From the NCBI GenBank assembly GCA_964291415.2, contig OZ219917.1, positions 704,001-768,000 on the forward strand: a stretch of 64,000 bases of DNA, read 5' to 3'. Position numbers and translations under genes: made by a program. This DNA is from Alphaproteobacteria bacterium. GTDB lineage: Bacteria; Pseudomonadota; Alphaproteobacteria; SP197. The stretch's first letter is position 1, and every line of letters starts with the position of its first letter. Positions 19,346-29,391 of the stretch are shown in pieces. The notes below the pieces were generated by a model. The model searched no databases and had not been told where the DNA came from. It saw only the letters and a list, made by a program, of their open reading frames with translations.

Positions 19346-19533
19346 GTCGCCACCTTGGCACAGTTGCCGGGAACCTTCATCTCGCGTTGATTGATGGCAG
19401 GCGCTCGCCCGCACGATCTCGGATGCCGGGGCAATGTCGTTTGTGCGGTCGGGCGGCGCGCGATAACATTCACGGCATTCCGGAAGCGGCCACATGGAGA
19501 GCCGCTCCATTCATTGAGGAGGATACCGGAACC

Positions 19534-21066
19534 ATGCAAATCAGGAGATGGATGCTGCGTTGCGCAGCGGTTGTTGCGGCGTTGGGGCTCGCAAGTCCCG
19601 TTGCGGCAGAAGGGACCTACGGGGGCACGCTGGTGGCGGCGTTCTCGGCCGACCCGGGAGGATTCGATCCGGCCCGCGGTCCCAGCGGCATGTCGCACGT
19701 GGTGATCGAGCAGGTCTATTCGACACTGCTCAACCTGGACGAGAATGCCAAGCCCTATGCCGGGATCGCCGAATCGTGGTCCCAGGCAGAGGATGGGCTG
19801 TCGTGGACGTTCACCCTTCGCGAGGGCCTGACGTTCCACAACGGCGAGGCGCTGACCGCCGAGGATGTCGTCTTCTCGTTCGAGCGCATCCTCGCCCCCG
19901 ACTCGGGCTACGCCTACAGTTCACAGATCGAGACCATCGCGGAAGTCGTGGCGGTGGACGACCTGACCGTCGAGTTCCGGCTCAACCGGGTGACGGGACC
20001 GTTCGAGATCTACATGGCCTTCCCCGGTTCATCGATCGTGCCGAAGGATCTCGTTGAATCGGACTGGGATCTCAATGCCCACCCGGTCGGCAGCGGACCC
20101 TTCAAGTTTGTCTCCTATACGCCCCGCGATTCGATCGTCTTCGAGAAGAACGAGGACTACTACGAGGAGGGGCGACCCTATTTCGATGGCATGGTCTACC
20201 GGATCATCTCGGACCCGACGGCGCTTTCCAACGGACTGAAGTCCGGCGAGATCCACTTCTCCAACGAGGTGCCGCCCAAGGACTGGAGCGCCATCGTCTC
20301 GCAGGACAACATGGTCGATGCGGCGATCGAGGGATCCCGCTACTTCTGGATGGTGCCGAACCATACCCGCGAACCCCTGGGCAATCCGCTCGTGCGCCGG
20401 GCCATCGCCCACGCCCTCAACAGGGCGGCAATCGTGCAGGGCGCCTTCTACGGCCAGGCGACGGCCATCCTGGGCGGGGTGATTCCCGAGTGGAACTGGG
20501 GCTATGCTGGCCTTGCCGAGTTCGCGCCCGAAGGCGACATCGAGAAGGCGAAGGCGCTGATGGCCGAGGCGGGAATCGCGGAAGGCACGCCGCTCTCGCT
20601 CACCATGGTGTCGTCATGGCCCCCGATGATGTCGATGGCGCCGATCATCCAGGCCAACCTGGCGCAGATCGGCTTCAATGCGACGATCGACACCATGGAG
20701 GTGCCGCGCTACTGGGACGAGGTCTGGGGTCCCTCCAACTTCGATCTCACGGTGATGTACTGGCTGTCGCCCCTGGCGGATCCGGATGATTTCGTGACCA
20801 ACACCTACGCCACGACATCCGCCGTCAACGTGCAGCTCGGCGGTTCGCAGGAGATGGACGATCTCATGCTGGCGGCCAAGTCGGCCGTCACCGTCGAGGA
20901 GCGCAAGGCGCTCTATCTCGAACAGCAGCAGCTCTCTCTCGACACCATGGACGTCATTCCGGTGGTGAACGGCTGGGTGCTGACGGCGCACACCGACAGC
21001 CTGAAGAACTTCAAGCCGATGCGGACCGGGTTCCTCAAGACCCTGAAGGACTCCTGGCTGGAGTAG
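19534..21066 (+). CDS. peptide/nickel-type ABC substrate-binding protein (family 5)
   Basis: Signal peptide, IAESW, WTFTLREGLTFHNGE, PVGSGPFKF and VRRAIAHA. GAGGAGG RBS. Confidence 0.92.
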   Translation: MQIRRWMLRCAAVVAALGLASPVAAEGTYGGTLVAAFSADPGGFDPARGPSGMSHVVIEQVYSTLLNLDENAKPYAGIAESWSQAEDGLSWTFTLREGLTFHNGEALTAEDVVFSFERILAPDSGYAYSSQIETIAEVVAVDDLTVEFRLNRVTGPFEIYMAFPGSSIVPKDLVESDWDLNAHPVGSGPFKFVSYTPRDSIVFEKNEDYYEEGRPYFDGMVYRIISDPTALSNGLKSGEIHFSNEVPPKDWSAIVSQDNMVDAAIEGSRYFWMVPNHTREPLGNPLVRRAIAHALNRAAIVQGAFYGQATAILGGVIPEWNWGYAGLAEFAPEGDIEKAKALMAEAGIAEGTPLSLTMVSSWPPMMSMAPIIQANLAQIGFNATIDTMEVPRYWDEVWGPSNFDLTVMYWLSPLADPDDFVTNTYATTSAVNVQLGGSQEMDDLMLAAKSAVTVEERKALYLEQQQLSLDTMDVIPVVNGWVLTAHTDSLKNFKPMRTGFLKTLKDSWLE

Positions 21067-21082
21067 CGCCAGACCCTGCGCT

Positions 21083-21112
21083 CCGGTGCCGGCCCATCCG
21101 GGCCGGCACCGG
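21083..21112 (+). terminator. intra-operon hairpin between the binding-protein and permease genes
   Basis: ccggtgccggccc-atcc-gggccggcaccgg is a perfect 13-bp stem, a typical position for stabilising binding-protein mRNA. Confidence 0.5.
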
Positions 21113-21124
21113 GTGCACCTGACG

Positions 21125-22081
21125 ATGCTGGCGCTTGTCTTCTGGAGGCTTGCCTCCTTCATTCCGACGCTGATCGTGGCGTCGGCCATCCTGTTCGTCG
21201 CCGTCAACGTCGTTCCCGGTTCGGCGGCGCTGTCAGCGCTCGGCATCCACGCCACGCCCCAGGCCCTCAAGCGTTTCGAGCACCAGCACGGTCTCGACCG
21301 GCCCCTTGCCGTCCAGTACGTGGAGTGGGCGGGCAAGGCGCTGCAGGGCGACTTCGGCACGTCATTCCAGAACGCCGTGCCTGTCGGCCCGGAGGTGAGG
21401 AAGCGCATTCCCGTCACCCTGCAGCTGGCCGGGATGGCCTTCGTGGTGGCCATCGCGCTCGCGATTCCCCTGGGCGTGGTGGCGGGATTCCGCCACCAGA
21501 CCGGCACCGACGGAGTGGTGACGACGCTGGCCACTCTCTTCGGCTCGACGCCGAACTTCTGGCTGGCCACGCTGTTGATCTGGTTTTTCTCGCTCAAGAT
21601 GGGTTGGTTGCCCACCGGGGGCTACGTTGCGTTTGCCGAGGATCCGGCAGGCAATCTCGAGCGCATGCTGCTTCCGTGCATCGCCCTTGGCGTCGTTTCG
21701 TCCGGTCTTCTCATCCGCATCATGCGCACCGCGGTGATCGAGGTGATGTCCTCGAATTTCATCGAAACGGCACGCTCCAAGGGGGTCGGCGACCTGCGCC
21801 TCGTCAGCTTCCACGTGCTGCGCAACGCCCTCATCCCGTTCTTCACCGTCAGCGCCGTCGAGTTCGGTTTCCTTGTCGGCAGCGTCGTCATCATCGAGGA
21901 CGTGTTCCGCATTCCGGGAATCGGATCCCTCGTCCTCGTGGGGATCATCAACCGCGACTATCCGGTGCTCCTGGCGGCGGCCATGACGGTCACCGTCATC
22001 GTTCTCGTCGTCAATCTCATCGTCGATCTGGCGGCCCAGGTGATCGACCCGCGCCAGGTCCGCACCGGACACGGATCATGA
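21125..22081 (+). CDS. DppB/OppB-like ABC permease
   Basis: GLDRPLAVQY, GDFGTS, TARSKG, HVLRNAL and DPR. Confidence 0.92.
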   Translation: MLALVFWRLASFIPTLIVASAILFVAVNVVPGSAALSALGIHATPQALKRFEHQHGLDRPLAVQYVEWAGKALQGDFGTSFQNAVPVGPEVRKRIPVTLQLAGMAFVVAIALAIPLGVVAGFRHQTGTDGVVTTLATLFGSTPNFWLATLLIWFFSLKMGWLPTGGYVAFAEDPAGNLERMLLPCIALGVVSSGLLIRIMRTAVIEVMSSNFIETARSKGVGDLRLVSFHVLRNALIPFFTVSAVEFGFLVGSVVIIEDVFRIPGIGSLVLVGIINRDYPVLLAAAMTVTVIVLVVNLIVDLAAQVIDPRQVRTGHGS

Positions 22082-22905
22082 TCCGACGGCTGAACTGGCG
22101 GCGCTACGGCCTCGTTGCCGTGACCCTGCCCGTGGTGGCCATGGTGTTTCTGGCAGCCGCCCTGGCTCCCGTCATCGCCCCCTATGATCCGTTCGAGCTC
22201 GATGTTCTCGTCATGCTGCAGGGCCCTGGTGGGGACCACCTCCTGGGCACCGACGAACTGGGACGCGACATCCTGTCGCGGGTCATCCACGCTTCGCGTG
22301 TCTCGATCGTCGTCGGTCTCGTCGCTGTCGCCATCGGCGCCACCGGGGGCGTCCTCATCGGGGTTCTGGCGGCCCACTTCGGGGGTGCTGTGGACTCCGT
22401 GCTGATGCGCTTCATGGAGATCGTCTTCTGCTTTCCGGCGATCCTTCTGGCCGTCATCCTCATGGCCAACCTGGGGACGTCCGTCCTCAACGCGATGCTC
22501 GCCATCGGCATTATCTTCATACCCGGTTTCGCGCGGCTGACCCGGGCCGTGGCGCAGACGGTGCAACGCCAGCCCTTTCTCGAGGCGGCGATCTGCCTCG
22601 GGGTGGGCCCGGTGCGCCTCATTACCCGCGAGATCCTGCCCAACGTCATCGGACCGGTCCTGGTCGAGGCGGCGGTTGCCTTCTCCTATGCCGTGCTTCT
22701 CGAATCGGCGCTGTCGTTCCTCGGTCTGGGCGCCCAGCCTCCGGAGCCGTCATGGGGCAACATGATCAACACCGGACGCGGCTTCATCGACCAGGCGCCG
22801 TGGATCAGTCTGGCACCCGGCGCCGCACTCTTCGTCACGGTGTTCAGTTTCAATCTCCTGGGAGACGGGCTGCGCGACGTGCTCGACCCGAAACTCCATG
22901 ACTGA
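22078..22905 (+). CDS. DppC/OppC-like ABC permease
   Basis: HLLGTDELGRDILSR, LSFLGLG, PSWGNM and GDGLRD. Confidence 0.92.
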   Translation: MIRRLNWRRYGLVAVTLPVVAMVFLAAALAPVIAPYDPFELDVLVMLQGPGGDHLLGTDELGRDILSRVIHASRVSIVVGLVAVAIGATGGVLIGVLAAHFGGAVDSVLMRFMEIVFCFPAILLAVILMANLGTSVLNAMLAIGIIFIPGFARLTRAVAQTVQRQPFLEAAICLGVGPVRLITREILPNVIGPVLVEAAVAFSYAVLLESALSFLGLGAQPPEPSWGNMINTGRGFIDQAPWISLAPGAALFVTVFSFNLLGDGLRDVLDPKLHD

Positions 22906-23872
22906 TTCCGGCCTCGCACCCGACAGCCTTCTCGAGGTCGAAGGCCTCACCATCGTGCTCCGCCACCGCCACCGGCCGCCGGCAAGCATTGCCCGGGATG
23001 TGTCGTTCCGAGTGAATGCCGGCGAGATCGTCGGTCTCATCGGCGAATCGGGCAGTGGCAAGACCATGACCGCCAAGTCGCTGATCGGCCTGCTTCCCGA
23101 CCGCATGGAAGTGGTCTCCGGCCGCGTCCGGTTCCGCGGGCGCGACCTTCTCGGTGGCGAGGATCCGGCACGTGTGCGCGGCAGGGACATCGCGCTCATT
23201 CCCCAGGACGCCCTCCATGCGCTCAATCCGGTGAAGACGATCGGCTGGCAGGTCGGCGAACCGCTGCAGGTGCATGGCGGACTGCGGCGGCGGCGCATCG
23301 CAAGCGTTGTCGGGGACCTTCTCGAACGCGTGCACATTCCCGATGCGAGGCGTCGTGGCGTTGACTATCCGCACCAGTTCTCCGGAGGCATGCAGCAAAG
23401 GGCCTTGACGGCCATGGCGCTCTCGATGGAGCCGCCGCTCATCCTTGCAGACGAACCGACGACGGCTCTCGACGTCACCATCCAGGCGGAGATCATTGAT
23501 CTCATCGGTGAGTTGCGGGACGCCACCGGAGCCAGTTTTCTCTTCATCTCCCACGATCTGGCGCTGGTCTCCAGCTTCTGCGACAGGATCTACGTCATGT
23601 ATGCCGGCGAGATCGTCGAGAGCGGGACGAAGGACGCCATCTTCAGCCATACCCGTCATCCCTACACGCGGGCGCTCATTGGCGCCGCGCCGCGCCTTGC
23701 CGGCAATCCGGAGAGACTGCCGACGATCCCGGGAAGGATCCCCCGGCCCCACGAGGAGATCCGCGGATGCCGGTTCCGCGAGCGATGCCCCGCCGCCGGC
23801 GCCGCGTGCGGGGAGCCGCCGCGCCTCGAGACGGCGGACGGTGATCATGCCGTTCGCTGCTGGTATGCCTGA
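22898..23872 (+). CDS. DppD/OppD-like ABC ATPase
   Basis: GESGSGKT, YPHQFSGGMQQR, ADEPTTALD, HPYT and a Cys-containing C-terminus. Confidence 0.93.
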   Translation: MTDSGLAPDSLLEVEGLTIVLRHRHRPPASIARDVSFRVNAGEIVGLIGESGSGKTMTAKSLIGLLPDRMEVVSGRVRFRGRDLLGGEDPARVRGRDIALIPQDALHALNPVKTIGWQVGEPLQVHGGLRRRRIASVVGDLLERVHIPDARRRGVDYPHQFSGGMQQRALTAMALSMEPPLILADEPTTALDVTIQAEIIDLIGELRDATGASFLFISHDLALVSSFCDRIYVMYAGEIVESGTKDAIFSHTRHPYTRALIGAAPRLAGNPERLPTIPGRIPRPHEEIRGCRFRERCPAAGAACGEPPRLETADGDHAVRCWYA

Positions 23873-24683
23873 CGCGATGCTTCTCGTTGCAAGGGAACTC
23901 TCCACGACCTTTCGTGGCCGCGGCCTGCTGCGCCGGGGCGGCGACGTCCGGGCCCTGAACGAGGTCTCCTTCAGCCTGGCGAAGAACCAGACCCTGGGCA
24001 TCGTCGGCGAATCGGGGTCCGGCAAGTCAACCCTGTTGCGCGTCATCCTGCGCCTCACGCCCTACCAGGCGGGACGTCTCGCATTCGACGGCGCCGAGAT
24101 CGCCACGCTGTCCGGCACGGCGCTGAAGGATCTGCGGCGGCGCGTCCAGCCGGTGTTCCAGGATCCCTATGCGACGTTCAATCCGCGGTTCTCCATAGGC
24201 TCGTCGATCGGCCTGGGTTTCGAACTCCTGGGAGAACACCGGCGCCAGGAGGTCAGGGAGGAGGTCAGGCGTCTTCTCGACGACGTCGGTCTTGATCCCG
24301 ATCTCGAGCGGGCGCTGCCTCACGAACTCTCCGGGGGCCAGCGGCAGCGTGCCGCCATCGCCCGCGCGCTGGCGGTCCGGCCGGACCTCCTGCTGCTCGA
24401 TGAGCCGACGTCCGCCCTCGACGTTTCGGTCCAGGCGCAGGTCCTGAACCTCTTCAAGGATCTTCGCCGGCGCTATGGTTTCTCCCTCATTCTCGTGACC
24501 CACGATCTCCCGGTCGTCGGCTTCATGTGCGACCATCTCCTCGTCATGAAGTCAGGAGAGGTGGTCGAAAGGGGCGCGACGGCGACCGTGATCGGCAACC
24601 CGGTGTCCCCGTACACCCGCGCGCTGGTCAATTCGGCGCCCGAGGTATCGGGGAAGAAGGCGCAACCGGCAGCGAGGCAGTGA
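23865..24683 (+). CDS. DppF/OppF-like ABC ATPase
   Basis: GESGSGKS, FQDP, LSGGQRQR and DEPTSALD. Confidence 0.92.
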   Translation: MPDAMLLVARELSTTFRGRGLLRRGGDVRALNEVSFSLAKNQTLGIVGESGSGKSTLLRVILRLTPYQAGRLAFDGAEIATLSGTALKDLRRRVQPVFQDPYATFNPRFSIGSSIGLGFELLGEHRRQEVREEVRRLLDDVGLDPDLERALPHELSGGQRQRAAIARALAVRPDLLLLDEPTSALDVSVQAQVLNLFKDLRRRYGFSLILVTHDLPVVGFMCDHLLVMKSGEVVERGATATVIGNPVSPYTRALVNSAPEVSGKKAQPAARQ

Positions 24684-26338
24684 TGAGCGACATCAGCAAC
24701 GACACCATCGCCGCGGCCGAGACCGTGCTCGGCGTGCGTTACAGCGATTCGGAGCGGGCGCTGATGCGCGACAACCTTGCACCGCAGATCGAGAACGCCA
24801 GAAGACGAAGGGCGCTCGTCTTTGCCAACGGTCTGGGGCCTGCCACCCGGTTCGATCCGCGGTTGCCCGGATTCCGGGCGCCGCCGTCCGGGCCTTCCCC
24901 GGTCTGGCAGGACCGCGAGGTGCGGCCGCTTCCCGAATCGGATGAGGACATCGCCTTTGCCCCGGTTCACACGCTCTCCGGGTGGATCCGGTCAGGCGCC
25001 CTCACCAGCCGGCGGCTTGTCGGAATCTGTCTTGACCGGATCGACCGCCTGGCCGGCCGCCTCGAGTGTTTCGTCACGGTCACGGGCGAGAGGGCGCTTG
25101 CGGAGGCGGACGCCATGGACGCCATGACGCGCGCCGGCCACTGGCAGGGGCCGCTTCACGGCATCCCCTATGCGCTGAAGGATCTCTTCGATGCGCGGGA
25201 GACACGGACGACCTGGGGAGCCGAACCCTTCCGGGACCGGATCGCAACAGGAGATGCCGCAGTGGTGACGAGACTGCGGCAGGCCGGCGCCGTGCTGCTC
25301 GGCAAGTCGACCGTTGGCGCGCTCGCCTACGGCGACATCTGGTTCGGGGGCAAGACCCGCAACCCCTGGAACCTAAACGAGGGTGCGAGCGGTTCGAGTG
25401 CCGGTTCGGCAGCGGCCACCGCTGCCGGGCTGTGCGCATTTTCCATCGGCACGGAAACCCTCGGATCCATCACGTCACCCTCGGAGCGCTGCGGCACGAC
25501 GGGGCTGAGACCCACCTTCGGCCGCGTGTCGCGCACCGGCGGGATGGCATTGTGCTGGTCGCTCGACAAGGTGGGACCGATCTGCCGCACCGTCGAGGAC
25601 ACCGGCTTCGTGCTGGCGGCAATCAACGGCGGAGACGCGACGGATCCGGGCTCCATCGACATGCCGTTCCTTCACGACGCGACGCAGCCGCCGGAGGGTT
25701 TGCGTCTCGGCTGGCTGCCGGAAGCCTACGAGGGCGACGACGTGACGGACGTCGACCGCCAGGCGCTGGATACCGTGCGTTCTCTTTTCCCTTCGATTCG
25801 CGAGGTGGGCCTGCCCGATCTTCCCTACGACACCCTGATCGCCGTGCTCTATGCGGAAGCCGCCGCGGCCTTCGAGGATCTCACGCTCGACGACATCGAC
25901 GACACGCTGACACGCCAGGACGAGGGGGCCTGGCCCAACGCATTCAGAAAGGCGCGCTTTCTTTCGGCGGTGGACCACGTGCAGTTCGACCGTCTGCGCC
26001 GCCTGGTGATGGAGGCCCTCGACAGGCTGTTCATGGAGATCGACGTGCTCGTCGGTCCGTTCTCGACCGGCCCGATGCTGGTGGCGAGCAACTTCACCGG
26101 CCATCCCTGTCTGCACTTGAGGTGCGGTTTCGAGGACCTGGCGACCCGTTCGGAACTCTCGCTGGCCGAAGGGCGGCTCGAACTCGGCCGTGCAACGTCG
26201 TCGGAACGCACATTCACCGTGCCCCGCGGTCTTTCACTGTGGGCCGGGCTCTTCAAGGAATCGCACCTGCTCCATGTCGGTGAATCCCTGGAACGCCTGT
26301 TCGACGTCCACCACCGCCGGCCGACCCTTGCCGCCTGA
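24683..26338 (+). CDS. amidase-signature family amidase
   Basis: GPLHGIPYALKD, SGSSAGS, IGTETLGSI and GLRPTFGRV. Confidence 0.92.
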   Translation: MSDISNDTIAAAETVLGVRYSDSERALMRDNLAPQIENARRRRALVFANGLGPATRFDPRLPGFRAPPSGPSPVWQDREVRPLPESDEDIAFAPVHTLSGWIRSGALTSRRLVGICLDRIDRLAGRLECFVTVTGERALAEADAMDAMTRAGHWQGPLHGIPYALKDLFDARETRTTWGAEPFRDRIATGDAAVVTRLRQAGAVLLGKSTVGALAYGDIWFGGKTRNPWNLNEGASGSSAGSAAATAAGLCAFSIGTETLGSITSPSERCGTTGLRPTFGRVSRTGGMALCWSLDKVGPICRTVEDTGFVLAAINGGDATDPGSIDMPFLHDATQPPEGLRLGWLPEAYEGDDVTDVDRQALDTVRSLFPSIREVGLPDLPYDTLIAVLYAEAAAAFEDLTLDDIDDTLTRQDEGAWPNAFRKARFLSAVDHVQFDRLRRLVMEALDRLFMEIDVLVGPFSTGPMLVASNFTGHPCLHLRCGFEDLATRSELSLAEGRLELGRATSSERTFTVPRGLSLWAGLFKESHLLHVGESLERLFDVHHRRPTLAA

Positions 26339-26939
26339 GGCGTCCCTCGTCCTTGCCTCCGCGAGTGCGGCGAGACGGCAACTGCTGCACGACGCCGGGG
26401 TGCGATTCCGGGTGGTGCCTGCCGCCGTTGACGAGACGACGCTGCGCCGGGACCTCGAGGCCCGCGCGATGCCGCTCGGCGACATGGCCTTGGCCCTGGC
26501 CTGCGAGAAGGCCCTCGCCGTCAGCCGGGACGAGCCCGATTCCCTCATACTGGGGGCCGACCAGATGCTCGAATGCGACGGCCGCCGTCTTGACAAGGCG
26601 ACGGACCTGGGCGAGGCCCGCCGGCACCTCGAGGCCCTCCGGGGGCGCACGCACAGGCTTGTGACCGCCACCGTTCTGGTGGTCAACGGAGAACGACAAT
26701 GGCATCACACGGAAACGTGCATGCTGACGATGCGCTCCCTTGATGACGACTCGCTTGCGGCCTATATCGCGGCTGCCGGAGAGCGCATTCTCCAAAGTGT
26801 GGGCTGCTACCAGGTCGAGGGGCGCGGAATCAGGCTGTTCGAACGGATAGAGGGCGACTGGCACGCCATCATCGGATTGCCGCTGCTGGCCGTTCTCAAT
26901 GAACTTGACGCGAGGGGGGCGCTCGGCCCGTGGGACTGA
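26328..26939 (+). CDS. maf: Maf-family nucleotide pyrophosphatase (TTG start inferred)
   Basis: LVLASASAARRQLL, LGADQ, VGCYQVEG and IIGLPL. Upstream of aroE. Confidence 0.9.
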   Translation: MPPEASLVLASASAARRQLLHDAGVRFRVVPAAVDETTLRRDLEARAMPLGDMALALACEKALAVSRDEPDSLILGADQMLECDGRRLDKATDLGEARRHLEALRGRTHRLVTATVLVVNGERQWHHTETCMLTMRSLDDDSLAAYIAAAGERILQSVGCYQVEGRGIRLFERIEGDWHAIIGLPLLAVLNELDARGALGPWD

Positions 26940-27769
26940 CCGGAAGTGCGCGCGTCGCCGGAGTCATGGGCTGGCCGGTGGCCCATTCACGATCGCCTCT
27001 CCTGCATGGCCATTGGCTCGAGACCTGCGGCATCGACGGCGTCTATGTGCCCCTTGCCGTGCCGCCGCACCGGTTCGAGGCCGCCTTCAGGGCCTTGCCC
27101 GATCTCGGCTTCAGGGGCTGCAACGTGACGTTGCCGCACAAGGAGAAAGCCCTGGCCCTGGCCGACAGCGTCGACGATCTCAGCATGCGGATCGGTGCCG
27201 CCAACACGATCGTTGTCGGCGACGACGGCGCTCTCGCGGCCAGCAACACGGATGCCTTCGGATTCCTCGAGAACCTGAAGAGCCGGGCCCCCGGGTGGCG
27301 AGGAGACCGGCCGGTCCTGGTGCTGGGAGCCGGCGGGTCGAGTCGCGCCGTCATCGTCGCTCTCCTTGATGCGGGCGTGCGCGAGGTGCGTGTCGCCAAC
27401 CGGACTCTCGAGCGCGCCGCGGCGCTCGTCGAACGGTTCGGGCCTTCGGTGACAGCCGTCAGCTGGGACGACCGTCACGCGGCTGTCGACGGCGTCGGCC
27501 TGGTGGTCAACACCACCCAACTCGGCATGACCGGACAACCCGCGCTCGACCTTGCGCTTGACGCGCTGGGCGTCGAGGCGGTGGTCTGCGATCTCGTTTA
27601 CGTGCCGCTCGTCACGGATGTCCTGCAGCGCGCCCGGCAGCGCGGACACGTCACGGTCGACGGTCTCGGCATGCTGCTGCACCAGGCGCGCCCGGGCTTC
27701 GCCGCGTGGTTCGGCGTCGATCCGCCCGTGACGGAAGACCTTCGCTCCGTGGTGTCACAAGGACTGTGA
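26930..27769 (+). CDS. aroE: shikimate dehydrogenase
   Basis: HSRSPLLH, NVTLPHKE, GAANT, NTD, GAGG, NRT and DGLGMLLHQA. Confidence 0.96.
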   Translation: MGLTGSARVAGVMGWPVAHSRSPLLHGHWLETCGIDGVYVPLAVPPHRFEAAFRALPDLGFRGCNVTLPHKEKALALADSVDDLSMRIGAANTIVVGDDGALAASNTDAFGFLENLKSRAPGWRGDRPVLVLGAGGSSRAVIVALLDAGVREVRVANRTLERAAALVERFGPSVTAVSWDDRHAAVDGVGLVVNTTQLGMTGQPALDLALDALGVEAVVCDLVYVPLVTDVLQRARQRGHVTVDGLGMLLHQARPGFAAWFGVDPPVTEDLRSVVSQGL

Positions 27770-27893
27770 AGTGGCCACGCCCGGATCGGACGTTGCAGGG
27801 CATCCGCGCCAGCGATGGTTCCCGCGGGACCTGCGGTCCTTGGATCATCCGGAGTTGTCCGAAGGGTGCGGTTTTCCGGCCTGGCGCACGACG

Positions 27894-28472
27894 TCATCGG
27901 TCACCTTCGAGGCTTTCGGAGCCGAGAGCGTTTCCGCCTTGTTTCGGTTCATCGCCGGCCGTCCTCCGGTGAGTTTGACCGGGGAATCGTGTCGCTGGGT
28001 CGGGTGAGGTTCGGTCGAACAAATCCTCGAGTGCGCAAATCGTCTTTTGCGGAATTCGTTCAACCGGGTAGTAGCGGCCCATGATCTCGAGTGCGGCATC
28101 GAATCCTGTGAGATTGAGGTAACGCAGGAGAAAGCGCACATCGTCGATGTCGTGGAACTCTCGTCCTATGCGCATCGCCATGCACTTCATGGCCAGAAGG
28201 TACTCCGGGGCTGCAGTGAGGACCCTCAGGTTCGGCAGGTCCAGGCAAGGGTGGAATTCTCCGCGTTCGCTCAGAAATCCCTTGACGGCATCGTTGAGCC
28301 AGTCGGTACCAAAGTTGACACGCCGTGCCGCCTCTCTCACCTCCCTTGCCGGGTGAAAGAAGGCGTCCACGTCCTTCGTCGTGAGACGTGCGTCGAAGAC
28401 AAGGCACATGACAGCGCCGCCGACCAGGTAGACTTCTCCGACGATGCCATGGCGCGCATCCAGCTTCGCCAA
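27894..28472 (-). CDS. nucleotidyltransferase-fold protein (DUF6036/AbiEii-like), possibly decaying
   Basis: VYLVGGAVM...TKDVD (GG..DxD), WLND, PEYLLAMK and DIDD. The start is poor (TTG) and the C-terminus looks like read-through. Confidence 0.6.
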   Translation of the reverse strand: MAKLDARHGIVGEVYLVGGAVMCLVFDARLTTKDVDAFFHPAREVREAARRVNFGTDWLNDAVKGFLSERGEFHPCLDLPNLRVLTAAPEYLLAMKCMAMRIGREFHDIDDVRFLLRYLNLTGFDAALEIMGRYYPVERIPQKTICALEDLFDRTSPDPATRFPGQTHRRTAGDEPKQGGNALGSESLEGDR

Positions 28473-28670
28473 GAAAGAAATGTCAATACAATGTCATGAC
28501 ATCATGCGGGTGCGTGGAAGCACCCCTTCGGCCTGGTTCGGTCACGGGCGCAGACCGGGTTCCCCGATCCTTCCGGTCCCTCAACTGGGCCTTCACCTGT
28601 CCAACCGGGCTTGTTGCCTCGCTTCGAATCCTGCAGGCTCGCAGGGTGAGGGGATCGGGGATCAGCAACG

Positions 28671-29294
28671 GTGTTCGTGCTCGGCCTGACTGGTTCGATC
28701 GGCATGGGAAAGTCCGCCGTTGCCGGCATGTTCGCCCAGTGCGGCGCCCTCATTCACGATGCCGATCGCAGTGTGCACCGGCTCTACGGTCCAGGCGGCG
28801 CCGCTGTCGGGCCTGTGGGCAGCGCCTTTCCCGGGGTGGTGACGGGTGAGGGAAAGGGAGCCCGCATCGACCGTCAGCTTCTTGGCGCCCGTGTCATCGG
28901 TGATGCCGGGGCACTCGCCCGACTTGAATCGCTGGTCCATCCCCTGGTGCGCCGGGATCAGGACTGCTTTCTCAGACGAGCCGCCCGAAACGGCTGCCGT
29001 CTCGTGGTCTTCGATGTGCCCCTGCTCTTCGAGACCGGTGGCGAATCGCGTGTCGATGCCACCTGCGTGGTCCATGCACCGCCGTTCATCCAGGCAGCCC
29101 GGGTGCTGCGCCGCCCCGGCATGACACGAGAGATCCTCGAGGACATCCGCCGCCGCCAGATGCCGGATCGGGAAAAGCTGCGCCGGGCGGACCATGTCGT
29201 GATGACCGGTCTTGCCAAGGGCCATACCCGGGCCCGCGTCAACAGGCTGTGGCGCCATCTCTCGGTTCGCCAGGGAAGGATCTGGCCACCTTAG
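28671..29294 (+). CDS. coaE: dephospho-CoA kinase
   Basis: LGLTGSIGMGKS, DAD, LESLVHPLV and DVPLLFE. Confidence 0.95.
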   Translation: MFVLGLTGSIGMGKSAVAGMFAQCGALIHDADRSVHRLYGPGGAAVGPVGSAFPGVVTGEGKGARIDRQLLGARVIGDAGALARLESLVHPLVRRDQDCFLRRAARNGCRLVVFDVPLLFETGGESRVDATCVVHAPPFIQAARVLRRPGMTREILEDIRRRQMPDREKLRRADHVVMTGLAKGHTRARVNRLWRHLSVRQGRIWPP

Positions 29295-29391
29295 GATCCG
29301 GTTCATCGGAGCCTGTTGATGAGCGTCGTGGAAGCGTGTCGATTTCCGGGTGCTCACGGGATACCATGACGGCCCCTGGCTCGTGATCGTC

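Noticed and set aside
21325-22077. N-terminal extension of the DppC-like ORF
   Set aside because: It is an off-frame overlap with dppB. The ATG at 22078 overlaps the dppB stop.
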